Virus record (IMG/VR): IMGVR_UViG_3300008259_002461
Length of the DNA: 64,000 nucleotides
Strand: one strand, 5' to 3'
Origin: a virus
Lineage: Duplodnaviria; Caudoviricetes
Under the pieces are notes generated by a model. The model had not been told where the DNA came from. It did not search any database and saw only the letters and a program-made list of their open reading frames with translations. Of the stretch, positions 16,600-26,360 are shown in pieces. Position 1 is the stretch's first letter, and every line of letters starts with the position of its first letter. Both the position numbers and the translations under genes were made by a program.

Positions 16600-17849
16600 T
16601 CAATAATATCCATATCCCTAATCATAAATCTACTAGGCGTTTCATCATAATGAATTATTAAATCACTAGATTCAATAAAATTTAACACTTTACCATTTGG
16701 TCTAAAACTGTCTAGAAGCAACACAGCACTAGGACGCCAGTTCAATCTGATTAACGGCTTAGGGAGTTTTGTAGTATCAGTATAAACTATTTTAGTTTTA
16801 TTGTCAACTATATTATTTAAATTGTTACGTTTAATATAATTATTGAATTCTCTTCCTTCTTCGTTATTTTCCATTCTAAAAACTACGCTAGAAAGATCGG
16901 AAGGCACTACACCGTCAAACGCTCTGTGTATTTTTTGAAGCTGTTCTAGCTGACAACCTGTAGGCAATATTACTAACAACGGAAATCTGTATAGATCTAA
17001 TACAGCTTCTACTATTTGGTTTATATTGTATTTTTTATTACTAATGAACACTTGGAATTTAGTACGCAGAGCAATTTTTTTTGCTAGATAAGTTACGTTG
17101 TTTAAGCTACTGTCTACGTCTTGTTGGTCAAAATATTTAAGACCATATTGTTCTTTTCTGTCTACATAAATTAAAAGATTATCTGTACTGGGTTCTCCTA
17201 CAGAACTAATCATATATTCAACTGATCGTTTGTCAAGATTTTTTAATTTAAAATTATAAACTCCTGGAATATAATTTTCTTTATTGCTATCTATGATTAC
17301 TAATTTTTCGTATTGTTCTAGAAGTTGCGGATCTATATCAAAGTTTTTATCTTTAAATTGGTTTACTACATTAAACAGATTTTTTTCAGTGCATCTAAAA
17401 TAGTGTTCGTGCGATCCTTTTTCATGATAATAATCAGCGCCAGCAACTGAAGAAATTTCTTCAACTAACACTATAGTTTTTTTCGCAAATGGAAATCTAA
17501 TTTTTATCCAGGGAATCTTTTTAGTATCAATACTGTTAAATGATTTTTTTCTTTCTAGATCTTCTATAACAGTTATCGTTTTAGTTCTATCTATTATTCG
17601 AAGCGGCATGCGTAGTGTCACTAGTGCTAACTCTAAATCAGTAAATCCCTGTGTTATAAACTGATCTTTATAAAGCACAAGTTTTTCTTTGAGAAGATCA
17701 TATTGTCTGTCTGTAAGGGGGATACTTTTGTACACTTGTTTAGCTATGCTTTGCAAGATGGTTACATCTTTTGCTTCGAGCTGAAACGTGCCACCGGTTT
17801 TGTGTCCGGTTAATAATTCAAGATAGTCTTCAATAGTACGTTGATTCAT
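16596..17849 (-). CDS. hypothetical protein (417 aa)
   Basis: Long ORF coupled to uvsW. Confidence 0.75.
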   Translation of the reverse strand: MNQRTIEDYLELLTGHKTGGTFQLEAKDVTILQSIAKQVYKSIPLTDRQYDLLKEKLVLYKDQFITQGFTDLELALVTLRMPLRIIDRTKTITVIEDLERKKSFNSIDTKKIPWIKIRFPFAKKTIVLVEEISSVAGADYYHEKGSHEHYFRCTEKNLFNVVNQFKDKNFDIDPQLLEQYEKLVIIDSNKENYIPGVYNFKLKNLDKRSVEYMISSVGEPSTDNLLIYVDRKEQYGLKYFDQQDVDSSLNNVTYLAKKIALRTKFQVFISNKKYNINQIVEAVLDLYRFPLLVILPTGCQLEQLQKIHRAFDGVVPSDLSSVVFRMENNEEGREFNNYIKRNNLNNIVDNKTKIVYTDTTKLPKPLIRLNWRPSAVLLLDSFRPNGKVLNFIESSDLIIHYDETPSRFMIRDMDIIE

Positions 17850-17855
17850 ACTACA

Positions 17856-17884
17856 ATTATAACAGACTATAACCGTTCTGTCAA
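17856..17884 (-). promoter_or_regulatory. sigma70-type promoter for uvsW operon (leaderless geometry)
   Basis: TTGACA-17 nt-TATAAT with TGn; ATG 6 nt downstream. Confidence 0.85.
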
Positions 17885-18709
17885 GTGTTTAAAAGGTAAT
17901 CCCTGTGAAATTTCTTGAATAGTAAATTCTGTCCAAGCTATGTCATTTAACCACTGTTGTCTATCAAACATTTGTGGAACCTCAATATCTGCTAGAGAAT
18001 GATTAGCTACAGGAAACGCTAGACTAGCAGGCCCAGTAAACACTGGGTATCCGTTTATAACAGCACGTATACCGGGATTTGAAGTCCAACTTACAACAGC
18101 ATGAGCATTATCAAATGGTATATCATAATCGTCGTATGTACCTGCTCGTTTTATAGGCATTTGTTTAATTACGTTTTTAAATTTATGTTCTACAGCAAGT
18201 ATTGGACATCTAGGATGGGGCCTAATTACTATTTTTCTATCAGTGTATTTTCTAAGTTCTGCAATAATTTCAGTGAACCATTGACTTGCGTTAGGCATAT
18301 TTTGCCATTGTAAACTTTGATCGTGTTGCCCGCATATCAATATGTGACTGCCCTGTGTTCTCCAAGGTTTTAAATTTAATCCTAATAAATTAGCGCGAGT
18401 ATCATCATTGCCTGTACTAAAGAACGATTCTTTGTTAATTCCGTTTAATCCAACTTTCCAAGTAGTGCCTCGACGTATTCCGCCAACTTCTAATACAATA
18501 ACAGATTTACCAGTTGAGCGAGCAGTATCCCATATCAGTTTATTTTTACTCATTTTGCCGCTCCACAGCACACTCCAAATTACATCTACGTCTGCGTTTG
18601 ATTCGTTTTCGTAGACTGTGTGACCTGCTTTAATTAGACTGTGTTTGAACGCATCAAACACAGGTTTTGAATTAAGAGCTCCGTATTGTGTCCAAAGACT
18701 AAACTTCAT
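17867..18709 (-). CDS. KpsC/KpsS-like (capsule-type GT-B) glycosyltransferase, paralog 1
   Basis: HILICGQH, IRPHPR, AVVSWTSNPGIRAVINGYPVF. Confidence 0.6.
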   Translation of the reverse strand: MKFSLWTQYGALNSKPVFDAFKHSLIKAGHTVYENESNADVDVIWSVLWSGKMSKNKLIWDTARSTGKSVIVLEVGGIRRGTTWKVGLNGINKESFFSTGNDDTRANLLGLNLKPWRTQGSHILICGQHDQSLQWQNMPNASQWFTEIIAELRKYTDRKIVIRPHPRCPILAVEHKFKNVIKQMPIKRAGTYDDYDIPFDNAHAVVSWTSNPGIRAVINGYPVFTGPASLAFPVANHSLADIEVPQMFDRQQWLNDIAWTEFTIQEISQGLPFKHLTERL

Positions 18710-19424
18710 CTTTTAAATTTGTTTCAAGATTTTGAAAATCAATTGCGTCTTTTAAGCCTGCTTTGTAATGAGAAAGATATGGTGAAAGCACACTTCTTGA
18801 TATTGGTGTTTTGTGATCAGCCGGATTTAGGTTAAGCATTTTGTAACCCCTTGCCTCCATAAGATCTACAGTTTTTCCGTAAACTTCTCCGTCGTAGAAT
18901 CTTCTTAAACCAGTAACTCTATCGTGGTAGTATATGTCTTTGTATGTATCACAAAAGTCTTTGTATCCTGGATGTGTAGTATTAAGGATAAAAAAACCTG
19001 TTTCGCAACTGTGATATTTTGTTCCGTCAACAACGTGCCATACTGAGAAATGACTACTTAATACATCGTCCGGAGCAATAAGATCTAATAACTGTGATGG
19101 CATTTCTTCATGAAATACTATGTCAGCGTCTAACCAAATAATTCTGTCTGCTTCCACATTATCCATGGCGTGAATTATACTAAATCCCTTTTTAGCAAAT
19201 GTTTTAACCCTGTCATTAGTATGTCGTTGCTGAAATGAGTTGTATTGGATTCCTAAATTCCATCCCATAGAAGTAATAGTTTTTACTTTAATTTCAAATT
19301 CATCTTCATTATAAACATACAATGGTGTAATAGTTGAAAAATATTTTTTATAACTTTTTAACATAGTTCTACCGCAATGGTTATAATAAGCTTCGTTCAT
19401 ACTTGTAATTGCAGCGTATTTCAT
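18699..19424 (-). CDS. GT-A glycosyltransferase-like (DxD)
   Basis: FAKKGFSI…IIWLDAD…CETGFFILN; GGAG RBS before MKYAA (19424). Confidence 0.7.
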   Translation of the reverse strand: MKYAAITSMNEAYYNHCGRTMLKSYKKYFSTITPLYVYNEDEFEIKVKTITSMGWNLGIQYNSFQQRHTNDRVKTFAKKGFSIIHAMDNVEADRIIWLDADIVFHEEMPSQLLDLIAPDDVLSSHFSVWHVVDGTKYHSCETGFFILNTTHPGYKDFCDTYKDIYYHDRVTGLRRFYDGEVYGKTVDLMEARGYKMLNLNPADHKTPISRSVLSPYLSHYKAGLKDAIDFQNLETNLKDEV

Positions 19425-20236
19425 ATATTTCTCCAATATGGTTCTGTTCGTGGTCTTAGAAGATCTTTAGATAAACTTTTACCTTGTTTTTTTCTTCCGC
19501 CTTTAAGATGATCTAGATATGCACCCCATGGTGAATTAATTAAAGGATGCCCTTCACCCTTTACTAATCCTTTTGCCCAATCTAAAGAATTAATAGTTAT
19601 GCTTTTTAATACTTCGTAGAATACAAAACTATCGTGCCACTCGTCCATTTTAAATATTCCGTTTTCAGCATCTTGATAAACTTTTTCAAATTCAAATAGA
19701 AATTTTCTACCTGCATCACTTTTTAAATTAATACTATATAAACCGCACTCGGGCCACTTACGTTCTCGACCAATATAACATATGTCTTTGTCAACTGGAA
19801 TTAATCTATCTAGTTGTGCTAGAGTAATAGGGCTATGACAAAACATGTCTGCATCCATCCATATTAATACATCTGCATCAGTATTTTCTGCGGCATGAAA
19901 AATTGAATAGACTTTATGACTAAATCTTATTGCGTCCCATTTAAATCCCTTCCAACTATCTTTTCTAGTAGCTTGTCTTTCTTTACTAACATCGCCATTG
20001 GCTTTAGGCACATCTTTCCATTTCTCTTTAAAAGCTACAAGTTTAGGAACTGACGAATGAAGATCATGCAACTGTATTCTATGATGATAATTTGTAATTT
20101 TTGGATTACAGTCTTCTGGATATAACATAAGTGTTACTTCACTTGGCCAGTTAAGCATATAACTGTCAATCATACGCTGTGCATATTGCGTTAATCCTGC
20201 GTTATGAAAGGTAGTTACAACAGCAAATTTTCTCAT
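19421..20236 (-). CDS. GT-A glycosyltransferase-like (DxD)
   Basis: RFSHKVYS…LIWMDAD…ECGLYSIN…WHDSFVF; start MRKF (20236). Confidence 0.72.
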   Translation of the reverse strand: MRKFAVVTTFHNAGLTQYAQRMIDSYMLNWPSEVTLMLYPEDCNPKITNYHHRIQLHDLHSSVPKLVAFKEKWKDVPKANGDVSKERQATRKDSWKGFKWDAIRFSHKVYSIFHAAENTDADVLIWMDADMFCHSPITLAQLDRLIPVDKDICYIGRERKWPECGLYSINLKSDAGRKFLFEFEKVYQDAENGIFKMDEWHDSFVFYEVLKSITINSLDWAKGLVKGEGHPLINSPWGAYLDHLKGGRKKQGKSLSKDLLRPRTEPYWRNI

Positions 20237-21144
20237 AGGTAATCCTTTATTATATTCCAAGCAACACCTGACTGTAAGTCTTTAAAGTTAAAATGACACA
20301 TTGATATCTTTTCAATCCAAGGTTGTCTATCAGGCATTAGCGGATTTTCAATCAATGACAGGTGTGTGTTAGCAATATCAAATGCTTGACTAACTTTAGG
20401 ATTAGGGTCTGTAACAAATACAGGAATGCCTTCAATTGCTGATGCAACTCCTGGACTACTATTGTAGGTTACAGTAGCCCATGCATATTTAAAGTCGTCT
20501 AATATATTTTCATTACTACTAATTTTTACATTAGGATGATTTAATTTAAGGTATTGTCTAGCTCGTTTGTCGCCTGGATGTGCTCTAACAATTATAGGCC
20601 TATCAGTATATTTTCTTAATTCGTTAATAGTTTGATCACACCATTTCATTACATCTAGACCGGCCATGCTCCATCCGCCGTTTCTTTGTAAACAAATTAA
20701 TATATGAGCTCCTAGTAATCTCCAAGGATGCAATTCAAGCCCGATATCTTTTTTAATTTGTTGCCAACGACTGGAGTCAACATTATTAGTAAAATAATTA
20801 CCAGTAGTTGGAAATACATCATCAAGACTAAAACGAAGATATGTGTTAATGTTTTTAGGATCTTTATATAAAAACAAATTACTATCTATTGCAATAGTAT
20901 GTTTACCAATTCTTCTCTGAGATTCTATTATCTTCTTTCTAAACATCAAATGCGGAGCAGTGCCGCTATCTGCGTGTACCCACCCTTGCATCACTGCTAG
21001 GTCAGAAGGCTCCCATGTCATTGTTTCAACTTCTGTACTTAGGCCGTCCTGAACTCCAAGATGAAAATTTCTTAGTACATCTCGTTTTTCTAATTTTGTA
21101 TTGTTAGCAGGTATACCTGCGTAGTAAATTCTAACAGTTTTCAT
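20233..21144 (-). CDS. KpsC/KpsS-like glycosyltransferase, paralog 2
   Basis: HILICLQR, VRAHPG, TVTYNSSPGVASAIEGIPVF. Confidence 0.6.
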   Translation of the reverse strand: MKTVRIYYAGIPANNTKLEKRDVLRNFHLGVQDGLSTEVETMTWEPSDLAVMQGWVHADSGTAPHLMFRKKIIESQRRIGKHTIAIDSNLFLYKDPKNINTYLRFSLDDVFPTTGNYFTNNVDSSRWQQIKKDIGLELHPWRLLGAHILICLQRNGGWSMAGLDVMKWCDQTINELRKYTDRPIIVRAHPGDKRARQYLKLNHPNVKISSNENILDDFKYAWATVTYNSSPGVASAIEGIPVFVTDPNPKVSQAFDIANTHLSLIENPLMPDRQPWIEKISMCHFNFKDLQSGVAWNIIKDYL

Positions 21145-21907
21145 TCATTAGTATTCTATATGCTGTGCCATTTTTTAATTCGTCTAGATGAAATTGGCCA
21201 TATGCTAAATGACATGCCCATTTATATACTTTATCTATATCATGCACTGATGGCGTTTCAATTAGGCTTAAATCTTTATCGCTTACAGGATCGGCCGCTG
21301 TTGGTGCAAGAGTAAATGCTGGCACTCCATATAATACACTTTCTACAGCAGCTATACTTTGATAAGTTACTAGAGCATGACAATTATCTAAATCTTCAAA
21401 TATTGTTTTTGTTAATCGGTGTTGTCTAACTGCTTTGTCTCTGATCACTATAGGACGATCAGTATATTTTTTAATTTCTTCAACAGTATTTTTAACCCAA
21501 ACATCACGATCTATACCATAAAATTTACATGGTTTTTCTGACGGTGTTACTAATAATATATGTTTGCCTCGCTTAGATTTTTCTATAGTATAATCTAATT
21601 TTCTCCAGCGATCGTCTGGTCTATCTATAATTTGTCCATGCTGAACATCATTCTTAACAATGCGATGCCATTGTTTCCAACCATAAGGATTAGATGGAGA
21701 TTTGTAGTTTCCTACATATCCGCTGTCCATAAAATAAAAAGGATGGTTTGTTTCCCAGCACTGGTGTATAAGTTTTCGTTTACCCATACTCCTAATTAAT
21801 ATTGGATTAGAACCAAAGTCTGTGTCATAATCTTGCGTAGGCAAATTTGCACCACGTGCAAACATATTAATATATTCGTCGTCGAGATTTTTACTTAGAC
21901 AAATCAT
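21131..21907 (-). CDS. KpsC/KpsS-like glycosyltransferase, paralog 3
   Basis: HILLVTPS, LVTYQSIAAVESVLYGVPAF; start uncertain (21907 or 21976). Confidence 0.55.
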   Translation of the reverse strand: MICLSKNLDDEYINMFARGANLPTQDYDTDFGSNPILIRSMGKRKLIHQCWETNHPFYFMDSGYVGNYKSPSNPYGWKQWHRIVKNDVQHGQIIDRPDDRWRKLDYTIEKSKRGKHILLVTPSEKPCKFYGIDRDVWVKNTVEEIKKYTDRPIVIRDKAVRQHRLTKTIFEDLDNCHALVTYQSIAAVESVLYGVPAFTLAPTAADPVSDKDLSLIETPSVHDIDKVYKWACHLAYGQFHLDELKNGTAYRILMNENC

Positions 21908-22577
21908 GTTGCTGACAGTGTTCTGTATATACTCGTTCTCTATGCCACTCGTTACAGAAATTTCCTTTGTCGGCAAATTCGTGAAAGCAAGGAGTTCCTA
22001 ATGTATAATGTACTAACTTAGCATTGGGATTATATTCATATTCAATGTCTAGCCAATTCCATTCTTTAGGTAATTCGCCTATGCGGGTTTCATCTAACCA
22101 CGAGAAACGGTGGAGGAAACTGCCTTTGGATCGCTGGATAAATTCAGGGGTAAGTTTCCTGTTGTGAAGGCTAGCACAATTCCACAGAATAACACTAGAC
22201 CAATTTTTTCGAGGATAGTCTTCATTTTTTGCTCCTAAATATTTAACAGGCATTTTAGTTTTGTAGTCGTGTTTGACTACCTGTACATCTTTGTTTTCGT
22301 CTTTTAAAGACCACAGTTCTGCAATGTCGCCACGTACAATCATATCACCGTCGATAAAAATTGCATGCCCTTCCCATTTCATTAAGTACGGTACTAAAAA
22401 TCTTGTGTATATAAAATGATTACTACCGTCTGTATGAGTTTCTGTATAATCTTTAAAAAGATTTAATGCTACAGGAATAATAGCTACAGGCTTAGAGGAA
22501 TTTCTTATAATACTGTTTGCACAGGTATGATAAGCAATAGCTTCCCTAGGATCATAGCCTATAAAAACTGGAATCAT
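21891..22577 (-). CDS. GT8-like glycosyltransferase
   Basis: VFIGYDPRE, FIYTRFLVP, IFIDGDM, KNWSSVILWN, LVHYTLGTP. Confidence 0.85.
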   Translation of the reverse strand: MIPVFIGYDPREAIAYHTCANSIIRNSSKPVAIIPVALNLFKDYTETHTDGSNHFIYTRFLVPYLMKWEGHAIFIDGDMIVRGDIAELWSLKDENKDVQVVKHDYKTKMPVKYLGAKNEDYPRKNWSSVILWNCASLHNRKLTPEFIQRSKGSFLHRFSWLDETRIGELPKEWNWLDIEYEYNPNAKLVHYTLGTPCFHEFADKGNFCNEWHRERVYTEHCQQHDLSK

Positions 22578-23338
22578 TTTCTTTCTATGTCCTCTTCTTC
22601 GCAACGATCGCCGTATTGTATTTCAATAAGTTTTAAAGGTTCATTAGATGGATTACATAATTGATGCCATTCTGTTTTTTTAATATGTAGGCTTTGGTGT
22701 TTATGAAAAACTCCATACAGTTCTTGGTCTGAACTTTTATTAATAGTATAAACTTCTGCTGTTCCTTCTGCTACAAACCAGTGTTCTGCACGATCTTGAT
22801 GTCGCTGCATACTTAAACATTGTCCAGGGTCAACTGTTAATTCTTTAACTTTTACTTCTCTATTGTTTTCGTGTAATATTCGATAATATCCCCATTTGCG
22901 TTCAGTCTTAGGAGCTTTCCATTCTTGCAATATCCACGAGCTAGAGTTCTTTTTATCTTCGCCGCCTACACCAAATACAAATTCTAAATTATTATCAACT
23001 ACATCCATTTCTGGAATGTTCTTTGCTGTTCTATCACCGCCATTAGCAAATATTAATTTTGCATCAGGATAGTGTGCCCGAACTTGATGTATAAAATGTT
23101 TAGCAGATCCGTCTGAATCGTCAAATGTAAAAACTTCGTCGACCATTGACAGATTATTAATAATGCAGAGCCTTTCATTCCATGGCATGAATGCTGCACC
23201 CTTTTTACGCACTAACCACTCATCTGAATTAAGGCCGACTATTAGAACATCGCCAAGAGTTTTTGCTGCTTTAAAGTATGCTATGTGGCCGCTATGAACT
23301 GGATCAAAGCCTCCTGTAACTAACACAATTTTTGTCAT
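22574..23338 (-). CDS. cytidylyltransferase (RfaE/TagD-like) fused to type II mannose-6-phosphate-isomerase cupin
   Basis: N-half TGGFDPVHSGH…GLNSD…NGGDR…KNSSS; C-half RKWGYY…LSMQRHQDRAEHW…IEIQYG. Confidence 0.9.
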   Translation of the reverse strand: MTKIVLVTGGFDPVHSGHIAYFKAAKTLGDVLIVGLNSDEWLVRKKGAAFMPWNERLCIINNLSMVDEVFTFDDSDGSAKHFIHQVRAHYPDAKLIFANGGDRTAKNIPEMDVVDNNLEFVFGVGGEDKKNSSSWILQEWKAPKTERKWGYYRILHENNREVKVKELTVDPGQCLSMQRHQDRAEHWFVAEGTAEVYTINKSSDQELYGVFHKHQSLHIKKTEWHQLCNPSNEPLKLIEIQYGDRCEEEDIERK

Positions 23339-23916
23339 AAGATATTAAATCCTTTATAATTATTCTTCCATGATTCATAGTCTGTCTGAGTAAAATCTAT
23401 AGTGTCTTTTACAAACCATGTTTCAAATATATCCGTTGGACTGTTGCCTACATACACATTTTCAACAGCAACTTTATATCCAACAGCCTGCAAATAATCC
23501 CTTGCTATTTTATCATATTCGCCAGTTGACTGATATGCATCATGTTCAAAAGTTATACATTCAAATGTAAATCCTTCTTCTATAACTTTTTTTAATGCAA
23601 GGAATGTATTATGCGGAGGTTCGATATCGCAACTTAAATATCCAATATTTTTAGTTAGTCCAATTTTTGTAGCTGCTTGACTATAATTGAATGTTAGTGC
23701 GTTATCCCAAAATACTTTATTTTTTCTAGTTGACTTATCCCATTTCTTTTTATGAGTAAGATCTAGTTCTATACTAAATCCTAAAAATTGATGTCCTTCT
23801 AAAAGGAATGTATTGCTCATTCTAGTAGGCGAATTTGCACCAATTTCTATATAAGATTTGTTTTTGCAAATCTGTAATGCAAACCTATCTTGCATTGACT
23901 GACTTCCCTGCTTCAT
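23335..23916 (-). CDS. FkbM-like SAM methyltransferase
   Basis: YIEIGA…SNT…YLSCDIEP…ITFEHD. Confidence 0.7.
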   Translation of the reverse strand: MKQGSQSMQDRFALQICKNKSYIEIGANSPTRMSNTFLLEGHQFLGFSIELDLTHKKKWDKSTRKNKVFWDNALTFNYSQAATKIGLTKNIGYLSCDIEPPHNTFLALKKVIEEGFTFECITFEHDAYQSTGEYDKIARDYLQAVGYKVAVENVYVGNSPTDIFETWFVKDTIDFTQTDYESWKNNYKGFNIL

Positions 23917-24662
23917 AGCAATTCTTCTTTCGTTATCTTTTCGCCTTTGGCATACAATGCTTTATTTTTAGGATCAACCCAATGACGCATATATTCTTTT
24001 AGTTCAGTGTGCATGAAAGGAGTTATGTGATTTATAGCAGATCCAAGATGATTTGTTTTAGCACCTTGTGCTTCTGCAAGTTTAACTCCATTGGCCCAAG
24101 CACCTGTTTCCATGAACCTATGACAATTCATTATTTCTAATGTAGTGTGAGCTTTTCTATAATAATCAATAACTATATTTTTTAAAGGATGCTTCATATT
24201 CAATATAAAAAATCCTGTTTCTGCTTCTCTATACTTTGCTTTGCCACCTGCAGGTATATCTACGCTAAGAGTGTTATTATCTAACAAATTATAGAAAAAA
24301 TCTAAAGGTATATCTTTTAGTGTAATAACATCACTGTCTAGCCAAATAAAAATATCATCATTAAATTCTTCAAGCGCACTAAGAACAACGTGTCCTTTCA
24401 TCCAAAATTTCTTACGACATATTACTTTTGGATTATCTGTGTGCCCTTCAACTAGATCTACAAAATTTTGAAATCTAGGGTTAATTTTAAAAAAATCTTT
24501 AATAATTAATCTATCTGACTGCTCTTCAGGAACAAAGTTTTCTGCCCAAAGTTCCATTTTTATTTCTTTGGGCCAATGCTTTAAAAACGTTGTAATTGAC
24601 TCTTTACCGATAAGGTCGTAATAGGGCCTGTGCTGTGAGGTTATAACTCGAATAGATCGCAT
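23913..24662 (-). CDS. GT-A glycosyltransferase-like (DxD)
   Basis: FWMKGHV…FIWLDSD…AETGFFILN; paralogous to 18699-19424. Confidence 0.7.
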   Translation of the reverse strand: MRSIRVITSQHRPYYDLIGKESITTFLKHWPKEIKMELWAENFVPEEQSDRLIIKDFFKINPRFQNFVDLVEGHTDNPKVICRKKFWMKGHVVLSALEEFNDDIFIWLDSDVITLKDIPLDFFYNLLDNNTLSVDIPAGGKAKYREAETGFFILNMKHPLKNIVIDYYRKAHTTLEIMNCHRFMETGAWANGVKLAEAQGAKTNHLGSAINHITPFMHTELKEYMRHWVDPKNKALYAKGEKITKEELL

Positions 24663-24691
24663 GAAATTCCTTTTGCCATTAACTGCTACTA

Positions 24692-24707
24692 TTATTTAGC
24701 TAAATAA
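24692..24707. promoter_or_regulatory. perfect 16-bp palindrome containing back-to-back TAAATA late-promoter motifs
   Basis: TTATTTAGCTAAATAA lies between the divergent arms of the glycan island. Confidence 0.7.
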
Positions 24708-24711
24708 ATTT

Positions 24712-25572
24712 ATGAAGAATATTGTGTTGACCGGTCATAAAGGCTTCATAGGAAGTCACTATTACAATAAAATCAAAGAGAATTTTAATGTTTCTACATT
24801 TGATTTAAAAGAGGGTAAAAATCTTTGCTTGCAAGAAGTAACCGCTACTGCGCCCGATTGTGACGTTGTTGTGCATATGGCTGCAACCAATGGAACTAAG
24901 CTGTTCTATGAGATCCCAACAGAAGTTGCATTTAACAATACTTTGCCAACTTTTAATTTAATTAATCGTTATAAAGAAACAAATACTAAATTTGTTTTTA
25001 CTAGCACTTGTGAAATATTTAATGGAGCAATTGACGCTGGACTATATCCTGTGCCCACAGACGAAAAAGTTCCTGTGATGTTTAATGACATTACAAATCC
25101 TAGATGGAGCTATAGTATACCAAAAGCACTGGGCGAAAACCTAGTAGCCAACTCAGGACTAGATTGGTTAGTAATACGTTATTTTAATATATATGGTCCA
25201 GGGCAGATTGATCATTTTATTTCAGAATTTGTTGATCGTGTAAGCAAAGGTGAATACTATATCAAAGGCAATGATACTCGTAGTTTTTGCTATGTAGACG
25301 ATGCTGTTGAAATAACACATCAATTAATCATGAATCATAAAAATTCTATAGTCAATGTAGGAAGACAAGAAGAAAATAATATAGCAGACGTTGCTAGAAT
25401 AATTATGGACTTAATGGGCGTGGATCCCAATAAGTTAGAAATATTACCTGGCCCAAAAGGTAGTGCAAAACGTAGATGTCCTGACACTGTATTAATGCAA
25501 AAATTAACAAATTTTAAAAATTATACATCTCTTAGAGATGGACTAAAAACAACTGTAGAGAGTTTATTATGA
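24712..25572 (+). CDS. NAD-dependent nucleotide-sugar epimerase/dehydratase (extended SDR)
   Basis: TGHKGFIGS, YSIPK (YxxxK), RYFNIYGP, RSFCYVDD. Confidence 0.92.
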   Translation: MKNIVLTGHKGFIGSHYYNKIKENFNVSTFDLKEGKNLCLQEVTATAPDCDVVVHMAATNGTKLFYEIPTEVAFNNTLPTFNLINRYKETNTKFVFTSTCEIFNGAIDAGLYPVPTDEKVPVMFNDITNPRWSYSIPKALGENLVANSGLDWLVIRYFNIYGPGQIDHFISEFVDRVSKGEYYIKGNDTRSFCYVDDAVEITHQLIMNHKNSIVNVGRQEENNIADVARIIMDLMGVDPNKLEILPGPKGSAKRRCPDTVLMQKLTNFKNYTSLRDGLKTTVESLL

Positions 25573-26360
25573 AAGTAGGAATAATTGGAGTAGGCGCTGT
25601 TGGCAGTGCATGTAGAAAAGGTTTTGAATTATTAAGCCACGAAGTTAAAGTACACGATCCTAAATTTAATACTAAAATAGAGGACGTTATTGATACAGAC
25701 ATTGTATACGTTTGTGTACCAACTCCAGAAAGCGAAGATGGTAGTTGTGACCTAAGTATTGTAAGACAAACTATAAATGAATTAGAAAAATTAGCATATG
25801 CGGGTGTTGTTGCATTAAAATCAACTAGCGTTCCTGGAACAACAGAAGAGCTAATAAGCAAAACTAATCTTAGAATATGCTTTGTTCCTGAATTTCTACG
25901 AGAAAGAAGTGCAGTAGAAGATTTTGTAGTCAATCACGATTTACTTGCTGTAGGATGTCATTCAACAGATGTGTTTGACGTAGTTGTTGCAAGTCACGGA
26001 TTTTTTCCTAAGAATAAAGTTATGCTTACTCCTACCGAAGCTGAAATACTAAAATACTACTCTAATGTGTTTAATGCTACACGAATTGTATTTGCAAATG
26101 CAATGTATGAAATCTGTCAAGCACTAGATGCAGACTACGATAAAATTAAAGATACATATCTAATTCGAAAAACTGCTAGTCCTGACTATCTAGATTGCAA
26201 TGAAAGAATGCGAGGGTATGGCGGCATGTGTTTGCCTAAAGATACAAAGGCCATTGACTCTTTAATTAAAAAATTAAATTTAAATTTAAAATTATTTGAA
26301 GCAGTTGACCAAGATAATACAAAGTTTAAAAAAACAGTATTTCCTGGAATGCGTCCGTGA
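25569..26360 (+). CDS. UDP-glucose/GDP-mannose 6-dehydrogenase, short (no C-terminal domain)
   Basis: GVGAVG, VCVPTP, KSTSVPG, PEFLRE, GYGGMCLPKD. Confidence 0.9.
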   Translation: MKVGIIGVGAVGSACRKGFELLSHEVKVHDPKFNTKIEDVIDTDIVYVCVPTPESEDGSCDLSIVRQTINELEKLAYAGVVALKSTSVPGTTEELISKTNLRICFVPEFLRERSAVEDFVVNHDLLAVGCHSTDVFDVVVASHGFFPKNKVMLTPTEAEILKYYSNVFNATRIVFANAMYEICQALDADYDKIKDTYLIRKTASPDYLDCNERMRGYGGMCLPKDTKAIDSLIKKLNLNLKLFEAVDQDNTKFKKTVFPGMRP

